Source: a virus
Taxonomy: Duplodnaviria; Heunggongvirae; Uroviricota; Caudoviricetes
Reading direction: 5' to 3' (one strand)
IMG/VR virus record: IMGVR_UViG_2695420564_000014
Location: 1 to 5,965 of that record
Length of the DNA stretch: 5,965 nucleotides
Shown here: positions 1-5,965 of the stretch, piece by piece
How positions within the stretch are numbered: the first letter of the stretch is position 1
Layout: the number at the start of each line of letters is the position of its first letter
The notes under the pieces: model-generated
Databases searched by the model: none
What the model was told of the DNA's origin: nothing
The model's input: the letters and a program-made list of their open reading frames with translations, nothing else
Translations under genes and position numbers: made by a program

Positions 1-67
1 GTGAATTTCCTCAAAAGTCAGCGGGGCAAAAGCGCCAAAAAACGGCAGATTGCCGAAAAAGGCCGCA

Positions 68-96
68 ATTATACACAAAATCCCTGAGTTTGTCGG
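68..96 (-). promoter_or_regulatory. Candidate sigma70-like promoter on the minus strand (-35 CCGACA, 17-bp spacer, -10 TATAAT), firing toward the window's left edge
   Basis: Reverse complement of 68-73 is a perfect TATAAT; reverse complement of 91-96 is CCGACA (4 of 6 matches to TTGACA) at 17-bp spacing. No downstream ORF is visible inside the window. Confidence 0.2.
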
Positions 97-223
97 GGGT
101 ACTGCTGATTTTAGACGACGATCGTTTTCATTTGAAAGACAACGTAAAAAGAAAATAGTCTTTTTTCCTCCATTTATTATTTAAGCTAATGTTAAAGCTC
201 TTCTTGTTCTTTTTNAAACCAAT

Positions 224-595
224 ATGATCGACGGTTATGAACTTACGCGCATAAAAATCAGACAGGACGTGGCGGTCAAAGGCCCGGCCACCTTTATCTC
301 CGGGAATAACCGGACAGAGCAGGCAACGGGTATCTATCTTATTGGCGCCGGAGACTGCATTCGCCTGGAATGCGGACTGAGCGCCCTGGAACTGTTTGCC
401 AGCGGGGCGATTCGTCTTGCCGGAGAGACATTCAATATTGCGGCCAGAGGCGATGGCGTGATCACAACTCAGGGAAAACTGGGCCTGAATCCTTCTTCAC
501 CGGGCGAACCGGCCACTCCGCCGGGCAAGGATTACAAAAAGGAACTCACCACGCTGGTGAGTCAACTGTTTCCCGAAAAGGATAAATCATCATGA
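224..595 (+). CDS. Hypothetical protein, 123 aa, unplaced; Gly-punctuated beta-strand-like repeats and a Pro/Lys-rich C-terminal tail
   Basis: ATG at 224 to TGA at 593-595, which overlaps the ATG at 592 of the next ORF (ATGA). No Shine-Dalgarno motif upstream. An in-frame TAA at 182-184 blocks upstream extension. Translation shows alternating hydrophobic stretches broken by Gly (GIYLIGAGDCIRLECGLSALELFASGAIRLAGETFNIAARGDGVITTQGK). Codon usage resembles the neighbouring genes. I do not recognise a family. Confidence 0.4.
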   Translation: MIDGYELTRIKIRQDVAVKGPATFISGNNRTEQATGIYLIGAGDCIRLECGLSALELFASGAIRLAGETFNIAARGDGVITTQGKLGLNPSSPGEPATPPGKDYKKELTTLVSQLFPEKDKSS

Positions 596-743
596 AAATC
601 TACCCTNTGATGTTTTGCTGGCGCTCATGTTGCTGGTCGGGCACTGGTACGAAAACCGGGAAAATTCCTCAGATGTCAGCAAGGCACCAGTCCCGTTTGG
701 TTTTTCTTCTCTGCTGGAGCCTTATCGTTTTATTCCTTTGTAG
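592..743 (+). pseudogene. Disrupted or gapped head-tail connector gene (gp6-like adaptor family); only the C-terminal ~44 codons are recognisable
   Basis: ATG at 592 (MKIYP) is followed by N at 607. Downstream the only sensible frame is a different one (609-743, ending TAG 741-743), translating DVLLALMLLVGHWYENREISSDVSKAPVPFGFSSLLEPYRFIPL, which resembles the C-terminus of gp6-like connector proteins. That frame has a TGA at 558-560, so it cannot extend upstream. The ORF-track reading 592-774 (MFCWRSCCWSG...) looks out of frame. Confidence 0.45.
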
Positions 744-751
744 GAGGAGAC

Positions 752-1090
752 ATGCAGGCGGGCAGATTACGTGATCGCGTAATTATTCTGAATGTCACCA
801 CCGCCCGCTCTCCGTCAGGGCATCCGGTGGAGACGGTGACGGAGGGAGCTACCGTATGGGCAGAAGTTAAGGGTATCAGCGGGAGGGAGATAATCTCAGA
901 CGGAGCAGAAACCGCTCAGGCTACGGTCAGAGTCTGGATGAGATTCCGGCGCGATGTGACAGCGACTTCACGTCTGAAAGTGCTGACCGGTGCATTTAAA
1001 GGGGCCATTCTGGGTATAGAAGGTCCACCAATACCGGATGCACGCGCTACCCGGCTTGAAATACTCTGCAGCCTGAAGGGGAATGTGTGA
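752..1090 (+). CDS. Phage head closure / head-tail joining protein (SPP1 gp16-like, Phage_H_T_join family)
   Basis: ATG at 752 with AGGAGGA Shine-Dalgarno at 742-748. The 112-aa product has the RDRV...VWAEV...VRVWMRFRRDV pattern typical of this family, and the gene sits in the expected position after the connector. Confidence 0.8.
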   Translation: MQAGRLRDRVIILNVTTARSPSGHPVETVTEGATVWAEVKGISGREIISDGAETAQATVRVWMRFRRDVTATSRLKVLTGAFKGAILGIEGPPIPDARATRLEILCSLKGNV

Positions 1091-1536
1091 TGGATTTCAG
1101 TCTTGATTTTTCCGGCCTGGCGGATATTGCACGGGATTTGGAGACGCTCAGCAGGGCAGAAAACAATAAGGTTCTGCGCGATGCCACCCGTGCCGGTGCT
1201 GAAGTTATGCGGGATGCAGTTGTTGAACGTGCGCCGGAGCGAACCGGGAAACTGAAGAAAAATGTGGTTGTTCTCACTCAGCGTTCAAAGCGTCGGGGGG
1301 AAATTATCTCGGGTGTCCACATTCGCGGACGGAACCTGCGAACCGGAAACAGTGATAACAGCATGAAAGCCAGCGATCCCCGAAATGCATTTTACTGGCG
1401 CTTTGTGGAGCTGGGAACGATAAACATGCCCGCGCATCCATTCATTCGCCCGGCTTTCGATACGACAGAGGAGCTGGCGGCGCAGGTTGCCATACAGCGA
1501 ATGAATCAGGCTATTGATGAGGTCTTAAGTAAATGA
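1090..1536 (+). CDS. HK97 gp10-family phage protein (tail completion / neck component)
   Basis: ATG at 1090 overlaps the upstream TGA (1088-1090) as TGATG; a GTG at 1087 is an alternative start. AAGGGG Shine-Dalgarno at 1074-1079. Product begins MDFSLDFSGLADIARDLETLS, with size and position matching HK97 gp10-like proteins. Confidence 0.78.
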   Translation: MDFSLDFSGLADIARDLETLSRAENNKVLRDATRAGAEVMRDAVVERAPERTGKLKKNVVVLTQRSKRRGEIISGVHIRGRNLRTGNSDNSMKASDPRNAFYWRFVELGTINMPAHPFIRPAFDTTEELAAQVAIQRMNQAIDEVLSK

Positions 1537-1877
1537 GGGAGGCCACACTGTATTCCCTGTTGTCTCAGCTGGCCGGAGGACAGGTTTATCCTTATGTGGT
1601 CCCGCTGACGGAGGGAAAGCCTGCGGTATCTCCGCCGTGGCTGGTGTTTTCTGTGGTGTCTGACACGGTATCTGATGTGCTTGATGGGCAGGCTGAATCC
1701 AGAATTACCGTGCAGATCGATGTCTGGGCGACAGTACCTGATGACGCAGATAATATTCGTGAGCAGGCGCTTGATGCGGTAAGAAAACTGGCACCCTCCG
1801 TTATTTCTAAAACGCAGGGTTATGATCCTGACTCCCGTCTGAGCAGAGCCACGCTTGAATTCCAGGTAATAGCCTGA
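1533..1877 (+). CDS. Phage tail terminator / tail completion protein (gpU-like or DUF3168-like, about 114 aa)
   Basis: ATG at 1533 overlaps the upstream stop as ATGA (coupled translation); stop TGA at 1875-1877. It lies immediately upstream of the major tail protein gene, and its size and the motif VYPYVVP...WLVFSVVSD...ITVQIDVWA fit small tail-terminator proteins. Confidence 0.65.
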   Translation: MREATLYSLLSQLAGGQVYPYVVPLTEGKPAVSPPWLVFSVVSDTVSDVLDGQAESRITVQIDVWATVPDDADNIREQALDAVRKLAPSVISKTQGYDPDSRLSRATLEFQVIA

Positions 1878-1897
1878 GGTCATTAATGATTTTACCC

Positions 1898-1925
1898 ACC
1901 CGCCGCTGGCGGGTTTTTTTATTTT
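1898..1925 (+). terminator. Intrinsic-terminator-like hairpin plus T-tract between the tail terminator and major tail protein genes
   Basis: GC stem CCCGCC (1899-1904) pairs with GGCGGG (1908-1913) around a 3-nt loop, followed by TTTTTTTATTTT (1914-1925). Confidence 0.5.
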
Positions 1926-1937
1926 CAGGAGACGAGT

Positions 1938-2642
1938 ATGTCCTCTAATTTTGAGCGTTCGCAACTGACGAAAATTATGATTTCGTCTGCACCGGTAACA
2001 GCAGAAACCCTGGATTCTGCCAGCTATCTTGGCCTGAGCTGTACAATCAAAGAGGTGCAGTTTACCGCAGGACAAAAGCAGGATATTGATGTCACCACGC
2101 TGTGTTCTGTTGAGCAGGAAAATATTAACGGTCTTGGGGCTGCTTCAGAGATTTCCATGTCAGGCAACTTTTATCTGAATGCTGCCCAGAACGCGTTGCG
2201 CAGTGCCTATGACAATGACACCACGTATGGCTTTAAAGTTATTTTTCCGTCAGGCAACGGATTTACCTTTATGGCAGAGGTGCGTCAGCATACCTGGTCT
2301 GCAGGAACCAATGGTGTTGTGGCTGCAACGTTTTCTCTGCGCCTGAAAGGTAAGCCTGTGCTGACGACAGAGCCGCTGAAAGTGAGGGTCGATTTAAAAA
2401 GCACGCTGCGGGTTGCTTCCGGAGCGAAACTTGAAATGGCGGTTGAGGCTGTGGGTGGTGTGCCGCCTTATTCTTATGCCTGGAAAAAAGGTGGTTCTCC
2501 TGTTTCCGGACAGACGGCGGCAACGTTCAGTAAGGCATCAGCAGCATCCGGTGATGCCGGTGCGTATACCTGCGAGATTTCTGATTCAGCGAGCCCGGTT
2601 AACAAAGTGACCTCCACTTCCTGCACTGTAACCGTCAGTTAA
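1938..2642 (+). CDS. Major tail (tube) protein with a C-terminal Ig-like domain
   Basis: ATG at 1938 with AGGAGA Shine-Dalgarno at 1927-1932; 234 aa. The position directly upstream of the G/T chaperone pair is the canonical major tail protein slot. The C-terminal ~85 residues (VGGVPPYSYAWKKGG...GDAGAYTCEISDSASPVNKVTSTSCTVTVS) have the hallmarks of Big_2/I-set Ig-like domains. Confidence 0.82.
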   Translation: MSSNFERSQLTKIMISSAPVTAETLDSASYLGLSCTIKEVQFTAGQKQDIDVTTLCSVEQENINGLGAASEISMSGNFYLNAAQNALRSAYDNDTTYGFKVIFPSGNGFTFMAEVRQHTWSAGTNGVVAATFSLRLKGKPVLTTEPLKVRVDLKSTLRVASGAKLEMAVEAVGGVPPYSYAWKKGGSPVSGQTAATFSKASAASGDAGAYTCEISDSASPVNKVTSTSCTVTVS

Positions 2643-2656
2643 TGAGGATGGATGTG

Positions 2657-3028
2657 ATGACTAAAAATATCCGTAATCTGGCACTGGCAACGATGTCGGG
2701 GTTTCGCCATAAAACCGTTGATGTGCCTGAATGGGAGGGAGCAACGGTTGTGTTACGGGAACCTTCTGCAGAAGCCTGGTTGCGCTGGCAGGAGATCGTT
2801 AAAGCAAAAGATGATGAGACACCGTTATCCGTTGCGGAGCGCGCCCGCCGAAATCTGGAGGCAGATGTTGAACTGTTCATTGATGTTCTGTGTGATACCG
2901 GACTGCAACCCGTATTTTCAGAGGATGATCGTGAACAGGTGATTGCCGTGTATGGCCCGGTGCATGCGCGGCTTCTTCGGCAGTCTCTGGAATTGATCAG
3001 TGATGCCGGCGAGGTTAAAAAAAAGTAG
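2657..3028 (+). CDS. Tail assembly chaperone, lambda gpG analogue
   Basis: Preferred start ATG 2657, preceded by GAGGA at 2644-2648; alternative in-frame ATGs at 2642 (overlapping the upstream TAA as TAATG) and 2648. Ends GEVKKK with TAG at 3026-3028, directly after the slippery A-run. It is an acidic ~120-aa protein between the major tail and tape measure genes. Confidence 0.78.
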   Translation: MTKNIRNLALATMSGFRHKTVDVPEWEGATVVLREPSAEAWLRWQEIVKAKDDETPLSVAERARRNLEADVELFIDVLCDTGLQPVFSEDDREQVIAVYGPVHARLLRQSLELISDAGEVKKK

Positions 3029-3330
3029 CGCTTCCGGGGATGCGTTTTCTGATGATGCTGGCGCTCAGGATGGGGCGCACATTGTCAGAGTTACGCCGGG
3101 AAATGTCCGCATCAGAAATCATGATGTGGGCAGAATTTGACAGGTTCAGCCCGCTGGGGGACGAACGGGCTGATTTCCGGGCTGCCCAGATTGTTTCAGC
3201 TGTTTACGGTGCGCAGGGGGTCAAAGTGTCACTGAATGATGCGCTTCTTCAGTGGGAGAAGGAGCAGACAGAAGGCGCTTCAGATCCATTTGCCGGACTG
3301 GAAAATGCGCTTTTAATAGTGTCTCAGTGA
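2657..3330 (+). CDS. Tail assembly chaperone G-T fusion (gpGT analogue) made by -1 frameshifting at 3019-3025
   Basis: After a -1 slip, decoding continues GTA GCG CTT CCG GGG ATG CGT... (V A L P G M R F L M M...), the frame of ORF 3040-3330 (T-like, MRFLMMLALRMGRTLSELRREMSASEIMMWAEFDRF...). The T-like ORF has no Shine-Dalgarno motif of its own and lies exactly in the -1 frame of G. Confidence 0.62.
3019..3025 (+). other. Programmed -1 ribosomal frameshift slippery heptamer A AAA AAG (G to G-T)
   Basis: The heptamer is in phase with the G frame (AAA 3020-3022, AAG 3023-3025) inside an A8 run (3017-3024), 1 nt before the G stop. The -1 frame is open from here to TGA 3328-3330. Confidence 0.6.
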
Positions 3331-3338
3331 GTCAACAT

Positions 3339-3361
3339 AACCGCTTCGGCGGTTTTTTTTC
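3339..3361 (+). terminator. Intrinsic-terminator-like hairpin (TTCG tetraloop) plus T8 tract between the T-like ORF and the tape measure gene
   Basis: Stem ACCGC (3340-3344) pairs with GCGGT (3349-3353) around loop TTCG (3345-3348), followed by TTTTTTTT (3353-3360). It lies 9 nt after the T stop. Confidence 0.5.
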
Positions 3362-3370
3362 GTCCGGAGA

Positions 3371-5304
3371 ATGAGTGTGGCGACATTACGTGAACTGATT
3401 ATTAAAATCTCGGCAAACTCCCGGTCATTCCAGTCAGAGATCTCCCGGGCTTCGCGTATGGGGCAGGATTACTACCGCACCATGCAGAACGGAGGCCAAC
3501 AGTCTGCTGCTGCCTCCCGTGAAATGCGGCGTGCACTGGCAGAAGTGACGGATCAGATAAATACAGCTAAATCTTCGGCACTGAATATGGCGGGGGCATT
3601 TGCCGGGGCTTTTGCTACCGGTCATCTTATTTCTCTCGCCGATGAGTGGAATTCAGTAAATGCCCGTCTGAAGCAGGCCTCACAGTCCAGTGATGATTTT
3701 CAGGCATCACAGCGTGAATTAATGGCGATCAGCCAGAGAACGGGGACGGCGTTTTCTGATAACGCCAGCCTTTTTGCCCGTTCTGCATCTTCCATGCGGG
3801 AGTATGGTTACAGTTCTGAGGAGGTACTGAAAGTCACCGAGGCGATCTCCACGGGCCTGAAATTATCCGGTGCCAGTACAGCAGAAGCCAGTTCGGTGAT
3901 CATGCAGTTCAGTCAGGCACTGGCGCAGGGAGTGCTGCGCGGTGAAGAGTTTAACTCGGTGAATGAGAACGGCGATCGTGTTATTCGTGCGCTGGCTGCG
4001 GGAATGGGGGTTGCCCGTAAGGATCTGAAGGCCATGGCGGATAACGGAAAACTGACCGCCGATAAGGTTGTTCCTGCACTGATTAGTCAGCTTGGGGCGT
4101 TGCGTGATGAATATGCAGCAATGCCTGATACTGTTTCATCCTCTGCAACCAAAGTTGAAAACGCCTTTATGGCCTGGGTTGGTGGTGCGAACGAGGCAAG
4201 CGGAGTGACAAAGACACTCTCCGGTGTGCTGAATGGTGTTGCAGACAATATTGATACCGTGGCTGCTGCAGCTGGCGCACTGGTTGCCGTCGGGGTAGCC
4301 CGATATTTTGGCAATATGGCGTCGTCTGCTGGATCTGCAACTGCCGGATTAATTACTGCAGCCAGAAACGAAGTGGCTCTTGCTGAAGCGCAACTTCGGG
4401 GGACACAGATAGCAACCGCCAGGGCGCGTGCGGCGGTTTATCGTGCGCAACAGGCGGTTGTTGCTGCTCGCGGTACCGAAAGGCAGGCCGCAGCAGAAGC
4501 GAAGCTGACAGCTGCCCAGGCGTCACTTACCCGTAATATTGCGGCCAGAACAGCGGCACAGACAACGCTGAATACTGTCACGTCAGTGGGGAGTCGTCTG
4601 TTAAGTGGTGCGCTGGGGTTGGTTGGTGGTGTGCCGGGACTCGTCATGCTGGGGGCGACGGCCTGGTACACGATGTATCAGAATCAGGAGCAGGCCAGAG
4701 AATCTGCACGCCAGTATGCCGCAACAATCGACGAAATTCGCCAGAAAACGTCGGCAATGTCGCTTCCTGAAGCGTCAGATAATGAGGAAAAGACGCGGCA
4801 GGCACTTGATGAGCAAAACAGGTTAATTGACGAGCAGAAAAGTAAGATTAAATCCTTACAGGAAAAAATTGCTGGCTATCAGTATGTGCTGGCAAACCCG
4901 GGCTGGACAACCGATAACGGTTTTATGATTAACCACATGACGTCGGTAAAAACTGTCACAGAAGGGCTTGCAGAAGCAACAAATCAACTGGCAGTTGAAC
5001 AGTCCCGTCTCACACAAATGCAGGGCAAAGCGCAATCCATTCAGGATGTGCTTGCCGGGCTGGAGGAGCGACGGGTGGCGTTGATCCGTCAACAGGCCGC
5101 GGAACAAAACAAAGCGTATCAGTCCCTGTTGATCATGAATGGGCAGCATACCGAGTTTAATCGCCTTCTCGGGCTCGGTAATGAATTACTTCAGCAGCGA
5201 CAGGGGCTGGTGAATGTACCGTTACGGCTACCACAGGCAACCCTGGATGATAAACAGCAGACTGCACTGAATAACAGCGAGCGCGAACTGGCTCTGTCCC
5301 GCCT
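3371..5304 (+). CDS. Tail tape measure protein, lambda gpH-like, 3'-truncated at the N-run
   Basis: ATG at 3371 (alternative GTG at 3377 is better spaced from GGAG at 3366-3369). Product is Ala/Gln-rich with long predicted coiled coils, a glycine-rich hydrophobic segment (SGALGLVGGVPGLVMLGATAWY) and an N-terminal region typical of lambda-family tape measure proteins. It is the long ORF after G/T. Tape measure character ends at 5304 (NNSERELALSR). Confidence 0.8.
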
Positions 5305-5310
5305 NNNGGN
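5305..5310. other. Ambiguous-base run (NNNGGN) marking an apparent junction between phage and host sequence
   Basis: Flanking coding content is unrelated: tape measure coiled coil on the left, sufB 3' end on the right. Confidence 0.6.
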
Positions 5311-5473
5311 GGATCAACTGTTTTACTGCCTGCAACGCGGGATCAGCGAAGAAGACGCCATCTCAATGATTGTTAACGGTTTCTGCAAAGATGTTTTCTC
5401 GGAATTGCCGCTGGAATTTGCCGTTGAAGCACAAAAACTTCTCGCCATCAGTCTTGAACATAGCGTTGGATAA
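5311..5473 (+). CDS. sufB: 3' end of the Fe-S cluster assembly scaffold gene sufB (last ~53 codons)
   Basis: Translation [53 protein letters not shown], stop TAA at 5471-5473. This matches my recollection of the enterobacterial SufB C-terminus and parallels the SufD C-terminal motif. It is followed 9 nt later by sufC, as in the suf operon. Confidence 0.8.
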
Positions 5474-5482
5474 GGAATAAAC

Positions 5483-5844
5483 ATGTTAAGTATTAAAGAT
5501 TTACACGTCAGCGTGGAAGATAAAGCTATTCTGCGCGGATTAAGCCTCGACGTTCGTCCCGGCGAAGTTCACGCCATTATGGGGCCAAACGGTTCGGGGA
5601 AAAGTACCTTATCGGCAACACTTGCCGGGCGCGAAGATTATGAGGTAACGGGCGGCACGATTGAGTTTAAAGGTAAAGATTTGCTTGAGTTGTCGCCGGA
5701 AGATCGTGCAGGCGAAGGCATCTTTATGGCCTTTCAGTATCCGGTGGAAATTCCTGGCGTCAGTAACCAGTTTTTTCTGCAAACGGCACTTAATGCAGTG
5801 CGTAGCTATCGTGGTCAGGACGCGCTCGACCGCTTTGATTTTCA
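5483..5844 (+). CDS. sufC: 5' portion of the Fe-S cluster assembly ATPase gene sufC (first ~120 codons), interrupted by N bases
   Basis: ATG at 5483 with AAGGA Shine-Dalgarno at 5472-5476. Product MLSIKDLHVSVEDKAILRGLSLDV.PGEVHAIMGPNGSGKSTLSATLAGREDYEVTGG... contains the Walker A motif GPNGSGKST and closely matches E. coli SufC as I recall it, up to DRFDFQ at the N positions. Confidence 0.88.
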
Positions 5845-5853
5845 NATNGANNN

Positions 5854-5965
5854 CGCGCTTGGCAAACTCCAGGAACAAAATATCGATAGCCTGCGCAGCG
5901 ACCTGCGTGAAAAAGGCATCCCATATACCACCGTTCGTAAAGAAAATAACTACGGCCTGAGCATC
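5854..5965 (+). other. Unidentified coding-like fragment, in frame with sufC but not sufC; open to the window edge
   Basis: Translation ALGKLQEQNIDSLRSDLREKGIPYTTVRKENNYGLSI has no stop. SufC should continue with its ABC signature and Walker B region here, and this does not. I cannot place the family. Confidence 0.2.

Noticed and set aside
120-223. Plus-strand promoter for ORF 224-595 (TTGAAA at 132-137)
   Set aside because: No acceptable -10 hexamer at 16-18 bp spacing and no Shine-Dalgarno motif before ATG 224; too weak to call.
370-585. Plus-strand 71-aa ORF in an alternative frame of ORF 224-595
   Set aside because: Arg/Gly/Cys-rich and fully nested within the better-looking frame.
592-774. 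ORF-track reading MKIYPXMFCWRSCCWSGTGTKTG... as a 60-aa protein
   Set aside because: After N607 this frame gives a Cys/Trp/Arg-rich, low-complexity product and runs through the Shine-Dalgarno motif and start of the next gene. The alternative frame 609-743 gives a connector-like C-terminus and stops just before that motif.
1047-1277. Minus-strand 76-aa ORF
   Set aside because: Ser/Arg/Ala-rich antisense shadow of the HK97 gp10-family gene.
1506-2075. 189-aa minus-strand ORF antisense to the tail terminator and major tail protein genes
   Set aside because: Arg/Cys/His-rich composition and complete overlap with well-supported plus-strand genes, with no ribosome-binding site; a typical antisense shadow ORF.
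2269-2880. Minus-strand ORFs 2269-2523 and 2635-2880 and plus-strand alternative-frame ORFs 2413-2610 and 2718-2942
   Set aside because: All lie inside the major tail protein and G genes in other frames, with biased low-complexity composition and no start context.
3017-3024. A8 homopolymer as a mere sequencing artefact causing a false G/T split
   Set aside because: Cannot be excluded, but the heptamer is in exact phase with the G frame, the -1 frame is open to the T stop and T lacks its own start context, so a programmed frameshift is the more economical reading.
3434-5149. Minus-strand ORFs 3434-3625, 4087-4314, 4438-4671 and 4856-5149, and plus-strand 4605-4826, inside the tape measure gene
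   Set aside because: Antisense or off-frame shadows of a GC-rich, Ala/Gln-rich coding region; several are Ala/Pro-rich mirror images of the tape measure coiled coil.
3371-5473. Single 700-aa ORF taken at face value as one tape measure protein
   Set aside because: The last ~53 codons are the SufB C-terminus and the join runs through an N-run; this is a chimera, not one gene.
5609-5960. ORFs 5609-5878 (minus) and 5661-5960 (plus) overlapping sufC
   Set aside because: Out of frame with, or antisense to, the clearly recognisable sufC reading frame, and they span N positions.
1-5965. Search for a CRISPR array, tRNA, integrase, attachment-site repeats, toxin-antitoxin pair or defence island
   Set aside because: No direct-repeat/spacer periodicity, no tRNA-like cloverleaf region, no recombinase-like ORF, and no small paired ORFs outside the structural genes. 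Apart from the unplaced ORF 224-595, coding capacity is accounted for by phage structural genes and sufBC.

Overview
Most of this window (about 590-5304) is an ordinary same-strand tail-morphogenesis module of a lambda/HK97-like siphovirus prophage, and I cannot support any novel system from the sequence. In order it carries a disrupted head-tail connector remnant, a head closure protein, an HK97 gp10-family protein, a tail terminator/completion protein, a major tail protein with a C-terminal Ig-like domain, the G and G-T tail assembly chaperones joined by a -1 frameshift site (A AAA AAG), and a tape measure protein. Two intrinsic-terminator-like hairpins bracket the major tail/chaperone cassette. 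The window is punctuated by ambiguous bases (N at 215, 607, 5305-5307, 5310, 5845, 5848, 5851-5853), and gene identity changes abruptly at three of these. The 700-aa ORF at 3371-5473 is therefore a chimera: tape measure sequence runs to about 5304, then continues in frame into the 3' end of host sufB (5311-5473), followed by the 5' part of sufC (5483-5844) and an unidentified in-frame fragment (5854-5965). The left end (1-223) is AT-rich and apparently non-coding, followed by an unplaced 123-aa ORF (224-595) that is the least explained element. I found no CRISPR array, tRNA, integrase, attachment-site repeat or recognisable defence, toxin or anti-defence gene. All calls rest on reading the translations and on recalled family features; no database search was run.
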